From the NCBI GenBank assembly GCA_036001225.1, contig DASYUM010000308.1, positions 540-64,539 on the forward strand: a stretch of DNA of 64,000 nucleotides, given 5' to 3'. The stretch is from Candidatus Methylomirabilota bacterium (GTDB lineage: Bacteria; Methylomirabilota; Methylomirabilia; Rokubacteriales; DASRDR01). Below the pieces are notes generated by a model. It saw nothing but the letters and a program-made list of their open reading frames with translations. It was not told the DNA's origin and ran no database searches. The position numbers and the translations under genes were made by a program. This document shows, in pieces, positions 39,498 through 48,633 of this stretch. How positions within the stretch are numbered: the first letter of the stretch is position 1; every line of letters begins with the position of its first letter.

Positions 39498-40282
39498 GGC
39501 GCCTGCGCCCGGAGACGGTCCTGGCCGTGCGGGCCGCCCGCGCCGCGGGACGGATCCTGCTGGCCGAGTTCGGGCACGTCCGGCGCGTCTGGCAGAAGGG
39601 CCCGCGCGATCTGGTGACCTCGGCCGACGTCGCCGCCGAGCGCTGCATCAGCCGGATGCTGGCCGCGGGCGGCTCCACCATCGGGTTCCTCGGCGAGGAA
39701 GGCGGCTGGCGTGGCTCGGCGGCGGGGGACTACTGGATCGTGGATCCGCTGGACGGGACCACGAGCTTCGTCCAGGGGCTGCCGACCTTCGCCGTCTGCG
39801 TCGCGCTTCGACGTCAGGGGCAGGTCGAGACGGGCGTCATCCTGCTTCCGCGCCTCGGCGAGCTGTTCGTGGCCGAGCGGGGCCGGGGAGCCTTTCTCAA
39901 CGGGCGGCGCATTCACGTCTCGCGCACGGCTCGACTGCGCGAAGCGGTCCTGATCCTCTGGCACGACCGTTCCGTCTGGCGCGACCGAGGGCTACGCGAG
40001 CGGCTGGCCAGGCTGGCCGCGGCGGCCCGCGGGGTCCGGAGCGAGGGCGCCGGGTTCAGCCTCGCCTATGTCGCCGCCGGCCGCATCGATGCCTACTGGG
40101 AGCAGAGCGCGGCGCCCTGGGACATGGCGGCCGGCGCGCTGCTGGTGGCCGAGGCCGGTGGTCGGGTCACCGACGGCGGCGGCCAGCCGCTCCGTCTCAC
40201 GCAGAAGACCATCGTGGCCAGCAACGGCCGGCTCCACCGAAGGGTGCTAGGCTATCTCCGTCCCCCGGGGGGTGACCGCTAG
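39494..40282 (+). CDS. Inositol monophosphatase family protein (SuhB/IMPase-like)
   Basis: ATGA overlap with the upstream gene. Motifs WIVDPLDGTTSF, FLGEEGG, WDMAAGALLV. Confidence 0.8.
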   Translation: MRRLRPETVLAVRAARAAGRILLAEFGHVRRVWQKGPRDLVTSADVAAERCISRMLAAGGSTIGFLGEEGGWRGSAAGDYWIVDPLDGTTSFVQGLPTFAVCVALRRQGQVETGVILLPRLGELFVAERGRGAFLNGRRIHVSRTARLREAVLILWHDRSVWRDRGLRERLARLAAAARGVRSEGAGFSLAYVAAGRIDAYWEQSAAPWDMAAGALLVAEAGGRVTDGGGQPLRLTQKTIVASNGRLHRRVLGYLRPPGGDR

Positions 40283-40345
40283 GTCGCCCCCGCGTCACCG
40301 ACCGATTCGATGGGCAACGTGTCTCGCGAAGGAGGGAGGCCGACC

Positions 40346-41479
40346 ATGAGGAGCCGCATTCCGCTCATCGCGCTCTGCCTCGTCGCCGCCGTGGTCGCGG
40401 TCGGCGGGCCGGCGCCGGCGCCAGCGGCCGAGCCGACGGAGCTGGTCCTGGCCGACAGCCAGTCGGGCGCCAACTTCCAGGCCTACTGGCAGAAATATGT
40501 CATCCCGGCGGTCAAGCAGACCCTCGGCATCAACCTGAAGTACCTGGTCAGCAGCGACGCCGAGCAGGTCCAGAAGGCCAAGGCCTGGCGGCCCGGTCAG
40601 GGCGACGTCCACATCCTGTTCCCCAAGTCCATCGCCACCTGGGTCACTTCCGGCGTCCCGCTCGAGACGCTGACCACGGCCAACGTGCCGAACCTGGCCC
40701 ACATCGACCCCAAGTTCCTGAAGTCGGACGAGGGGGTCGATCTCCAGGGCAAAGGGGCGCTCTACTGGCGGACGTCGTACGCGCTCATCTACAATGCGCA
40801 GTTCGTCAAGGCCCCGCCCAAGTCGTGGAAGGAGTTCTACGATCGGCGGGCCGAGTTCAAAGGGCACATCGGGATGGTCCGCCCCGACGCCAAGTCCAGC
40901 TCGGCCTGGCGCCAGCGCTACGTGTTCCTCCACGCGTTCCTCAAGGACAAGATGACCCGGCCGATGGCCGAGCTGGAGAAGGACCCGGCCTGGATCGACG
41001 CCTGGAACAAGCTGAAGGACTTCACGCGCTACGCCAAGCTCCCGCTCCCGGCCGAGCCGCCCAACCTCTTCGAGGACTTCAACGCCGGCGAGACCTGGAT
41101 CGCGCTCTACGCCCAGGACTACTCGCTGTGGTCGGCGCGGCAGGGGACGATGCCCCCCACCGTCAAGGCGGTATATCCGGAGGAAGGCGCCGACGAGATC
41201 GGGACGGCCTACCTGGCGGTCCCGGCCAACATCCCGCCCGAGCACAAGGCGGCGGCCTTCCGGGTCGTCAACTACCTCCTGTCCGACGACCAGCAGATCC
41301 GCCTGCTGACCACGATGTGGCAATACCCCGGCACCGAGATCACCGACCAGGCCCCGCCCATCGTGTGGGAGATCGTGCCCAAGCTGGACGTGCTGACCAA
41401 GACCGCGATCCCGCGGGAGCGGATCCGGAAGGACATCATCGACTACATCAAGAACCACGCGAAGGAGCTGATCCCGTAG
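40346..41479 (+). CDS. ABC transporter substrate-binding protein (PotD/PotF-like)
   Basis: GGAGGG RBS. Signal peptide. 377 aa. Confidence 0.75.
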   Translation: MRSRIPLIALCLVAAVVAVGGPAPAPAAEPTELVLADSQSGANFQAYWQKYVIPAVKQTLGINLKYLVSSDAEQVQKAKAWRPGQGDVHILFPKSIATWVTSGVPLETLTTANVPNLAHIDPKFLKSDEGVDLQGKGALYWRTSYALIYNAQFVKAPPKSWKEFYDRRAEFKGHIGMVRPDAKSSSAWRQRYVFLHAFLKDKMTRPMAELEKDPAWIDAWNKLKDFTRYAKLPLPAEPPNLFEDFNAGETWIALYAQDYSLWSARQGTMPPTVKAVYPEEGADEIGTAYLAVPANIPPEHKAAAFRVVNYLLSDDQQIRLLTTMWQYPGTEITDQAPPIVWEIVPKLDVLTKTAIPRERIRKDIIDYIKNHAKELIP

Positions 41480-41504
41480 GGCCGCCGCGGGTCCTGTCGC
41501 CGGC

Positions 41505-41578
41505 TTGCCCCGCGCCCCGGGCTCCGTCACCCTTATCGAGGGTCCCACTTCGCCCGGGGCGCGGGGCGGCGCTCGGCG
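41505..41578 (+). other. Structured intergenic element: perfect 16-nt inverted repeat (GCCCCGCGCCCCGGGC...GCCCGGGGCGCGGGGC) enclosing a smaller palindrome
   Basis: Seen in the sequence between the SBP and permease genes. It is a likely mRNA-stabilising or attenuating stem-loop. Confidence 0.4.
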
Positions 41579-41629
41579 CCACCCGCGGCGGGCCTCTGCT
41601 GGATTTGGCGAGATAGAGCTGCCTGCTCC

Positions 41630-42457
41630 ATGACGACGTTTCTGCTCTTGCTTCCCGCGCTGGTCGGCTTCTTCGGCCTCTTCTTCTACCCCGCGCTGCT
41701 CACCGTGATCCTCAGCTTCCGCCCCGAGGGCCTCGAGAGCGGCTGGACTCTCGACAACTACGCCGCGTTCCTCGGCGACACCGCCGGCCAGGCGACGATG
41801 CTCCTGACCTTCGGCCTCGCCATCGGCGCCACCGTGGCCTCGGTGGGCCTCACCGTCCCCCTCGCCCTCGTCCTCCGGGCCAAGCTCCGCGGCCATCGGT
41901 TCTTCCGGCTGATCATGCTGGTGCCCCTGGTCGTGCCGGGACTCATCGGCGCCCTCGGGCTGCTCATCTTCTGGGGGCCGCGGGGCTGGTTCAACCTCTT
42001 CCTGACCCAGTTCGTGCCGGGCGTCGAGCGCCCGCTCGGGGTGAATTACACGATCCAGGGGCTCATCCTCTTCTACGTGTGGCTCTACTTCCCGTACACG
42101 GGCGTCACCACGCTGGCCGCGCTGGAGTCGCTCGATCGCGGCATCGAGGAGGCCGGCGAGGTGGTCGGCGCCACCCGCTGGCAGGTCCTCCGGCACATCG
42201 TCCTGCCGCTGATCAAGCCGGGGATCCTGGCCGGCTCGGTCCTGACGTTCATGGCCGCCTTCGGGGCCTTCAGCGTCCCGCTCATCGCCGGCGGCAACTA
42301 CCGGCCGCTGGCGGTCGAGATCTACAAGCAGATCTCGGTCCCCATTCCCGCCCGGTGGTCGGCGGCCAGCGCCATCGCGGTCGTCATGGGGACGATGCAG
42401 GTAGCCGCCCTCGTCCTCTACATGCGACTCGCGCGGCGGATCGGAGGCCCGCGGTGA
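41630..42457 (+). CDS. ABC transporter permease
   Basis: 6 TM helices. EAA-like loop GIEEAGEVVGATRWQVLRHIVLPL. Confidence 0.8.
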   Translation: MTTFLLLLPALVGFFGLFFYPALLTVILSFRPEGLESGWTLDNYAAFLGDTAGQATMLLTFGLAIGATVASVGLTVPLALVLRAKLRGHRFFRLIMLVPLVVPGLIGALGLLIFWGPRGWFNLFLTQFVPGVERPLGVNYTIQGLILFYVWLYFPYTGVTTLAALESLDRGIEEAGEVVGATRWQVLRHIVLPLIKPGILAGSVLTFMAAFGAFSVPLIAGGNYRPLAVEIYKQISVPIPARWSAASAIAVVMGTMQVAALVLYMRLARRIGGPR

Positions 42458-43290
42458 CGCTGGCCCGCGCGTACAGGCGCGGCCTCTGGGAGGAGCGCCA
42501 CCTCCTCGCCTACACGCTCCTGGTGAGCCTGGCCGTGTTCATCGTGGCCCCGTTCCTCATGATCGCCCTCCGTTCGGTGGGCAAGGGCTGGTTCGGCAAG
42601 CTCTGGCTGCCGCCCCAGCTCACCCTCGAGTGGTACCGGTGGGCGATCGAGGTCGGCAACATCCCCGAGGTCATGAAGAACACGCTGATCATCGGCGTCA
42701 TCGCAGTCGCCCTCAGCACGACGATCGGGGTGTTCGCCGGCTGGGCCTTCGGGCGCCGCCGGATCCCGGGCCGCGAGCTGTGGCTGGCCGTCCTCCTGCT
42801 GCCCCAGATGATCCCGTCGATCACCTACGCCCTGGGGGTGGCCCAGACGTTCTACGCGCTCCGGCTGGTGGACACGCATCTCGGAGTGGGCCTCGCCCAC
42901 GTCGCGGTCTGCGCGCCCTACGCGATCATGGTGCTGTCGGCCACCTTCGAGCGGCTCGACGAGCGGGTGCTGGAGGCGGCCAGCGTCTGCGGCGCCAGCC
43001 CCCTCCGGAGCTTCGTCCACGTCGTCCTGCCCCTCATCATGCCCGGCATCCTAGCCTCGATGATCTTCACCTTCACCCACTCCTACAACGAGTTCACGCT
43101 CACGCTGCTGACCTACGGGCCCCACACGGTGACCCTGCCGATCCGGACCTACCTGGCGGTGGGCGACGGCTACTGGGAGATCACCAGCGCCATGGCGGTG
43201 CTGATGGTCATCCCGTCGCTCACCATCCTCGCGGTGATCCAGCGCCGAGCCCAGCCCGAGCGACTGGTCGGCGGCTTCAAGGGCGTGTGA
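42454..43290 (+). CDS. ABC transporter permease
   Basis: GTGA overlap with the upstream permease. EAA loop LEAASVCGASPLRSFVHVVLPL. Confidence 0.8.
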   Translation: MTLARAYRRGLWEERHLLAYTLLVSLAVFIVAPFLMIALRSVGKGWFGKLWLPPQLTLEWYRWAIEVGNIPEVMKNTLIIGVIAVALSTTIGVFAGWAFGRRRIPGRELWLAVLLLPQMIPSITYALGVAQTFYALRLVDTHLGVGLAHVAVCAPYAIMVLSATFERLDERVLEAASVCGASPLRSFVHVVLPLIMPGILASMIFTFTHSYNEFTLTLLTYGPHTVTLPIRTYLAVGDGYWEITSAMAVLMVIPSLTILAVIQRRAQPERLVGGFKGV

Positions 43291-43299
43291 TGAGACATA

Positions 43300-43480
43300 T
43301 CTCGGTCTGTGTAGAAGTGCCGACGAAGTTCCTCTTCGCTGACGAAACGCGCCGCCTGGCGAAGAATTGCACGGCAGGTGCCGGTATCCAGTTCCGGATG
43401 ATCCGGAATGGTGAGGCTCTGGGCGGTGCCGCTCGGTAGCAGCCGACGAAGTTTCACGTGGCTGCCGCGCTGCGAGTGGA
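43300..43480 (-). pseudogene. Decayed hicA-like toxin remnant (no in-frame start or stop)
   Basis: A minus-strand frame encodes ...AFKVHSQRGSHVKLRRLLPSGTAQSLTIPDHPELDTGTCRAILRQAARFVSEEELRRH, which matches the HicA (YcfA) core. No ATG/GTG/TTG precedes it. The frame reads through antisense into the permease gene. Confidence 0.3.
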
Positions 43481-43540
43481 CCTTAAAGGCCGAGGCGGCC
43501 GAGGATTCGGATGACCTCCGCGCCTGAGAGGCGGCGGAGC

Positions 43541-43771
43541 CTAGGCACGCGCCGGGATCAACTCCAGCGTGACCAGGATAGTCGGGTCGGGGGCGAGTCC
43601 CAACGTGGCGAGATCCTCGTCGCTGAGATACAACTCCACTGCTTCGCGCAAGTTGCTGGTGACTTCGTCGAGGGTGGTCCCTTGCGTGACGACTGGAATT
43701 TCCAGACACTCGGCCACGTAGCCCGACTGGTCGCCCTGCCTGATTACCGCCTTGATCGTCCGCTGGAGCAT
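43541..43771 (-). CDS. hicB: HicB-like antitoxin (UPF0150 family)
   Basis: 76 aa. ...YVAECLEIPVVTQGTTLDEVTSNLREAVELYL... is typical of HicB-like small antitoxins. Confidence 0.55.
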   Translation of the reverse strand: MLQRTIKAVIRQGDQSGYVAECLEIPVVTQGTTLDEVTSNLREAVELYLSDEDLATLGLAPDPTILVTLELIPARA

Positions 43772-43863
43772 CGCCTGTCCATTCTAGCCCGACGGGTCCA
43801 GCCCGAGAAGCTGGTTTGCCGGCTTCGATGGGTGCTCCGCCGCGCCGACGAGGTGATCCAGTA

Positions 43864-44934
43864 GTGGCCGACGCGATGATCGAGCTCCAGGAGGTGACCA
43901 AGCACTACGGGAGCCTGGTCGCCAACGACCGACTCAACCTCACCGTCGTCCGCGGCGAGCTGATGACGCTCCTCGGCCCCTCGGGCTGCGGCAAGACGAC
44001 CGCCCTCCGCACGCTGACCGGCCACGTCCGCCCCGATGCCGGGCGGGTCCTCATCGACGGCCGGGACGTGACCGGCGTGCCGACGCACCAGCGCGAGCTG
44101 GGCATGGTCTTCCAGAACTTCGCGCTCTTCCCGCACATGACCGTCCACGACAACGTGGGCTTCCCGCTGATGATCCGGAACCTCGGGAAGGCCGAGCGCG
44201 GCGAGCGGATCGGCCAGGCCCTCAAGCTCGTGCGGCTGGAGGGATACGAAGCCCACTTCCCGCGCCAGCTCTCGGGCGGGCAGCAGCAGCGGGTCGGGCT
44301 GGCCCGGGCTCTGGTCTATCGGCCGAAGGTGCTCCTCCTCGACGAGCCGCTCTCGAACCTGGACGCCAAGCTGCGGGAGGAGATGCGGTTCGAGATCAAG
44401 GACGTGGTGACGCGGCTCGGCATCACCGCCGTCTACGTGACCCACGACCAGGAGGAGGCCCTCGCGCTCTCCGATCGGGTGGCCATCATGAGCCGCGGCC
44501 GGATCGAGCAGGTCGGGACCCCGGAGGAGATCTACGCCGATCCGCGCTCCCGGTTCGTGGCCGAGTTCGTGGGCCTCTCGAACTTCCTGGAGGGTCGGAT
44601 CGAGGCCGTGGACGCGGCCTCGATGGTGGTGAACCTCGGCCGCCTGGCGCTCACGGTGCCGGTCACGCCCGGCGCCCGGCCCGGCCAGGGCGCCGTCGTC
44701 TTCGTCCGGCCGAACGAGGTCGAGCTGCTCGGGCCCGGCGAGGCGGGCGGGCCCGACGTCGTGGCCGCCCGGGTGGACAAGGCGACCTACCTGGGCGAGA
44801 AGATGGACTACCGGCTGGCGCTGGCCGACGGGCTCACGCTCCGCGTCCAGAGCGATGCCCACCAGCGCTTCGGCCCGGGGGCGGCGGTGCGGGTTCGCCT
44901 CTCCCGCGCGCGGTGCTGGCTCAGCCCCGAGTGA
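43864..44934 (+). CDS. ABC transporter ATP-binding protein (PotA-like with TOBE)
   Basis: MIELQEVTKHYG..., GPSGCGKTT, LSGGQQQRVGLARAL. An alternative ATG start exists at 43876. Confidence 0.85.
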   Translation: MADAMIELQEVTKHYGSLVANDRLNLTVVRGELMTLLGPSGCGKTTALRTLTGHVRPDAGRVLIDGRDVTGVPTHQRELGMVFQNFALFPHMTVHDNVGFPLMIRNLGKAERGERIGQALKLVRLEGYEAHFPRQLSGGQQQRVGLARALVYRPKVLLLDEPLSNLDAKLREEMRFEIKDVVTRLGITAVYVTHDQEEALALSDRVAIMSRGRIEQVGTPEEIYADPRSRFVAEFVGLSNFLEGRIEAVDAASMVVNLGRLALTVPVTPGARPGQGAVVFVRPNEVELLGPGEAGGPDVVAARVDKATYLGEKMDYRLALADGLTLRVQSDAHQRFGPGAAVRVRLSRARCWLSPE

Positions 44935-44944
44935 GGCACGTGAC

Positions 44945-45694
44945 ATGACAGGAGCGGATGGGGTTCGGGTGGCGCACCTGACCAAGGACGACTTCGCGGC
45001 CGCGCTGGCGCGCGGACGGTGGCTGCTCTTGCCGTTCGGCGCGATCGAGCAGCACGGGCCCCATCTGCCGCTGGCCACCGACCTGATCGAAGCCGAGCAC
45101 GTCTGCGCGGCGGTCGCCCAGCGGGTGGAGGGGCTGGTCGCGCCGGGGGTGCCCTACGGCATCTGCCGGACGATGCGGAACTTCCCCGGCACGGTGTCGC
45201 TGAGCACGCCGACCTTCCAGGCCCTGGTCCGCGAGATCGTCGCCGAGTACGTGCGGCACGGCGCCCGCAAGCTGCTGCTCTACTCCGGGCACGCCGAGCC
45301 GGCTCAGCTGGAGGCGCTCCGCGAGGCGGTGGTGCCGCTGGTGGACGCCGACCCGGCGCTGGTCGCGCTGGTGGTCGGCCCCTACGCCTTTCTGGAGCCC
45401 ATCCGCCGCGAGTTCGGCCTCACCGGCCGCGACGGCCACGCCGGCTCCATCGAGACCTCGACCATGCTGGCGGTGGCCGAGTCCACCGTCCGTCTCGACC
45501 GCCTGCCTCCGGTGGCCGACCGGCCTCGGCTCTCCGAGTTCCGGGTTCTGGCCCATCCGGAGGGCGAGTTCCCGACCGGCGTCCGCGGGGACACCTCCAA
45601 GGTCTCGCGGGCGCTGGGCGAGCGCGCGATCGAGCACGTGGTCACCGAGCTCGTGCGGCTCCTCGAGCGGGTCGAGCGCGGAGAATCCGTATGA
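44945..45694 (+). CDS. Creatininase-family amidohydrolase
   Basis: Creatinine-amidohydrolase fold blocks LLLPFGAIEQHGPHLPLATD, SGHAEP, GHAGSIETS. Confidence 0.75.
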   Translation: MTGADGVRVAHLTKDDFAAALARGRWLLLPFGAIEQHGPHLPLATDLIEAEHVCAAVAQRVEGLVAPGVPYGICRTMRNFPGTVSLSTPTFQALVREIVAEYVRHGARKLLLYSGHAEPAQLEALREAVVPLVDADPALVALVVGPYAFLEPIRREFGLTGRDGHAGSIETSTMLAVAESTVRLDRLPPVADRPRLSEFRVLAHPEGEFPTGVRGDTSKVSRALGERAIEHVVTELVRLLERVERGESV

Positions 45695-46551
45695 GGCGCT
45701 GGCGGGGGATCGTGCTGGCCGCCCTGGCCGCGGCCCATGCGGTCGTGCGCCGGCTGGCTCCCCGCGCCGGCCAGCGGGTGGTCGCCGGCCGACCCGCGGG
45801 CTACCGGTCGTTCGACCCCGAGGTCATCGGCGTGGACACCGCGGCCGAGCGGGCGGTGATCGCGGCCCTTCGCCGGCGCGGCGTCCGGGGCACGCTCCTC
45901 TCGGAAGAGGCCGGCCAGCGGCGGCTGGGGCCGATCGACGGGCGGGGCGAGGCGGTCTACGCGATCCTCGACCCGTTCGATGGCAGCATGATGTACCGGC
46001 GCGGAATCCGGGCCCACTGGTTCACCGCGCTCGGGATCTACGGCGCCGATCGGACGGCGCGAGCGGCGGGCGTCATCGACCACATCACCGGCGAGGTGAT
46101 CGTGGCCGACCCGGCGGGAGTGGTGCGCCTCCGGGGCCGGGGCGGCCGGGGCACGCCCCTCCGCCCCGCGCGGACGGCGAGCGTGGACGGGGCGTTCCTC
46201 GAGGCCTATCTGATGAAGCCCGCGTTTCTCTACCCGACGGCGACCGCGCTGCGCCCGCTCTTCGAGCGCGCCCGATTCATCTTTGCCAATGGCGGGCCGG
46301 GCGGCTTCGCCGACGTCGCCGCCGGGCGGATCGACGTGTACTTCGCCTGGCGGGAAGCCCTGACCGAGGTCTTCTCGGCTGCCTACATCGCCGAGCGCGC
46401 CGGCTGCGTGGTCAGCCAGTGGGACGGCGCCCCGGTGACCTTCGAGCCCGACCTGCACGCACTGCACAGCCTGGTCTGCAGCGCCAACCGGCGCCTGCAC
46501 GGCGAGGTGCTCCGCACGCTCCGGGGCATCACGCCGCCGAAAGGACCCTGA
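45691..46551 (+). CDS. IMPase/FBPase-family phosphatase (inositol monophosphatase-like)
   Basis: ATGA overlap with the upstream gene. Motifs SEEAG, ILDPFDGS, and a C-terminal WDGAP. Confidence 0.7.
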   Translation: MRRWRGIVLAALAAAHAVVRRLAPRAGQRVVAGRPAGYRSFDPEVIGVDTAAERAVIAALRRRGVRGTLLSEEAGQRRLGPIDGRGEAVYAILDPFDGSMMYRRGIRAHWFTALGIYGADRTARAAGVIDHITGEVIVADPAGVVRLRGRGGRGTPLRPARTASVDGAFLEAYLMKPAFLYPTATALRPLFERARFIFANGGPGGFADVAAGRIDVYFAWREALTEVFSAAYIAERAGCVVSQWDGAPVTFEPDLHALHSLVCSANRRLHGEVLRTLRGITPPKGP

Positions 46552-46553
46552 CC

Positions 46554-47324
46554 ATGAAGCTCGGCTGTATCTGCGGCTGCTTCAACCGCGCCTTCGACGC
46601 CGGCAGCATGGACCAGCTCCGCTTCCTCGACCACTGCGCCCGGGACCTCAGGGTGGCGGGGGCGGAGCTCCAGGACATCCACTTCCCGGAGACGCGACCG
46701 CCCTACCGCCAGCGACTCCGCCGGGCGGCCGGCGACCTCGGGCTGGCCCTGATCGGGATCGGCGTCCACAACGACTTCGGCCGGGCCGACACGACCTGGC
46801 GGCAGAGCGAGATCGTGAAGGTCAAGCAGTGGGTCGAGGTGGCGACCGACATCGGCGCCCCCCAGGTCCGCGTCTTCGCGGGTCATCCGGAGGGCACAGT
46901 CACCGAGCGCTGGCCGGCCATGATCGCCGCCCTCCGCGAGGCGGCCACCTTCGCCGCCGCGGCCGGCGTCCGGCTGGTGCTGGAGAACGAGGCCGGCTTC
47001 ACCCGCAACGCCAAGGAGCATCTCCGCATCGTCGAGGAGGTCGGGCACCCCGCGCTGCGGCCGCTCCTGGACACCGGCAACTACCCCGACGGCTGGCGCT
47101 CGGTGGAAGAGGCGGCCCCCCACGCCGTCCACGTCCACGCCAAGTTCTGGCAGGTCGATCCCAGCGGGGCCGAGCCGACCATGAACTATCCTGCGCTTCT
47201 GGCGGCGTTGCGCGGCCGCCGCTACGACGGCTGGATCACCTTCGAATACGAAGCGGCCGAGGACGAGTCGACCGGGATCCCGCGGGCCCTCGGCTACTTG
47301 CGCCCGCTCGTCACCACCGGCTGA
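46554..47324 (+). CDS. Xylose-isomerase-like TIM-barrel protein (sugar-phosphate isomerase/epimerase, IolI/IolH-like)
   Basis: AP-endonuclease-2/TIM-barrel blocks RLVLENE, LDTGNY, GWITFEYE. Confidence 0.75.
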   Translation: MKLGCICGCFNRAFDAGSMDQLRFLDHCARDLRVAGAELQDIHFPETRPPYRQRLRRAAGDLGLALIGIGVHNDFGRADTTWRQSEIVKVKQWVEVATDIGAPQVRVFAGHPEGTVTERWPAMIAALREAATFAAAAGVRLVLENEAGFTRNAKEHLRIVEEVGHPALRPLLDTGNYPDGWRSVEEAAPHAVHVHAKFWQVDPSGAEPTMNYPALLAALRGRRYDGWITFEYEAAEDESTGIPRALGYLRPLVTTG

Positions 47325-47334
47325 GGACCGCGGC

Positions 47335-48435
47335 ATGGCGCGGATCCGGATCGGCGTCGTCGGCTGCGGGCTGATCGCCCAGATGATGCACCTGCCGCAT
47401 CTCCAGGAGCTGGACGACCTGTACGAGCTGGTGGCCGTCTGCGACGTCTCACCGGCGGCGGTGGCGTTCGTCGGTGACCGGTACGGGGTCAGCCGGCGCC
47501 ACGCCGACTGGCGGGACCTGCTCGAGGAGCCGCTGGATGCGGTGCTGATCGCGACCGCCGGCTCCCATGCCCCCATCGCGCTGGCCGCCCTGCGGGCCGG
47601 CAAACACGTCCTCACCGAAAAGCCGATGTGCTACACCCTGCGCGAGGCCGACCAGCTCGTGGAGGTGGTGGGGCGGAGCGGGCTGACCTTCATGGTGGCC
47701 TACATGAAGCGCTACGATCCCGGCTACCGCTACGCGCAGGCCGCGCTGCCGGCGCTGCTCGACACGTTGCGCTACGTCCAGGTGACGGTCTTCCACCCCT
47801 CCGAGCGCGCGCAGATCGCCCACCACGACATCCGGCGCTTCCGCGACGTCCCCGCCGACGTCCTGAGCCGCCTCCGCACGGAGGAGGACGCCCTCGTCCG
47901 GGAGGCGATCGGCGAGTACACGCCCCGGGAGCGGACGGCGTTCGCCGAAGCCCTGCTCTCGACCCTGGTCCACGACGTCAACGCCGTGCGCGGCCTCGTC
48001 GGCGATCCGGCCGAGGTGGTGACGACCGAGTTCTGGGCGGACGCCGAGTCCCTGGTGACGCTGCTGCGGTATGGCCAGGGCTTCCGAGTGCTGCTGACCC
48101 TGCAATACCTATGGGACCTCGCGGACTACCGGGAGGAGATCGCCCTCTACGCGCCCGGCGCTCGCCTCCGCTTCTGCTTCCCCTCGCCGTTCTTCCGGAA
48201 CGAGCCGACGCCGGTCGTGGTCTCCGGCATGGAGGGGGACGCGGCCTGGGAGAAGCGCGTGGTCGCCTCCCACCGCGAGGCCTTCAAGGAGGAGCTGCGC
48301 CACTTCGCCGAGTGCGTCCAGGCGGGTCGCCGGCCGATCACCTCGGTCGAGGACGGCCGGGCCGACATCCTCTGGCTTCACCGGATCTGGGCGGCGCGGA
48401 CCGAGGCCGCGCGCTCGGAGCTGGCTCGTGGTTGA
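47335..48435 (+). CDS. Gfo/Idh/MocA-family NAD(P)-dependent oxidoreductase (inositol 2-dehydrogenase-like)
   Basis: N-terminal Rossmann motif IRIGVVGCGLIA and the EKP motif. Confidence 0.8.
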   Translation: MARIRIGVVGCGLIAQMMHLPHLQELDDLYELVAVCDVSPAAVAFVGDRYGVSRRHADWRDLLEEPLDAVLIATAGSHAPIALAALRAGKHVLTEKPMCYTLREADQLVEVVGRSGLTFMVAYMKRYDPGYRYAQAALPALLDTLRYVQVTVFHPSERAQIAHHDIRRFRDVPADVLSRLRTEEDALVREAIGEYTPRERTAFAEALLSTLVHDVNAVRGLVGDPAEVVTTEFWADAESLVTLLRYGQGFRVLLTLQYLWDLADYREEIALYAPGARLRFCFPSPFFRNEPTPVVVSGMEGDAAWEKRVVASHREAFKEELRHFAECVQAGRRPITSVEDGRADILWLHRIWAARTEAARSELARG

Positions 48436-48524
48436 ACCGACACGGCGCCTGAGCTTGTCCGCGCGGGTAGGGCCGAAGCGCTTCGAGCGCGGGCTGTGCC
48501 CGCGCAATCCCCGGGGGAGGAATC

Positions 48525-48547
48525 GGAGGGGGGCGCAGCCCCCCTCC
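48525..48547 (+). terminator. GC-rich hairpin GGAGGGGGG-CGCAG-CCCCCCTCC (repeat-family member) in a REP-like intergenic element
   Basis: Seen in the sequence. A second hairpin (GCGCGGG-CTGTG-CCCGCGC) lies upstream at 48488-48507. Confidence 0.4.
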
Positions 48548-48633
48548 GAAACGTCTGGCTTCACCGGATCTGGGCGGCCCGCACCGACGCCGCCCGCCGC
48601 GAGTCGGGCGGGCGTGTTGACACGCGGTGAGGC

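Noticed and set aside
43170-43901. 243-aa minus-strand ORF spanning the hicAB region.
   Set aside because: Only the central about 60 aa resemble HicA. The rest is antisense read-through of the permease and ATPase genes. I treat it as a decayed hicA remnant, not a 243-aa protein.
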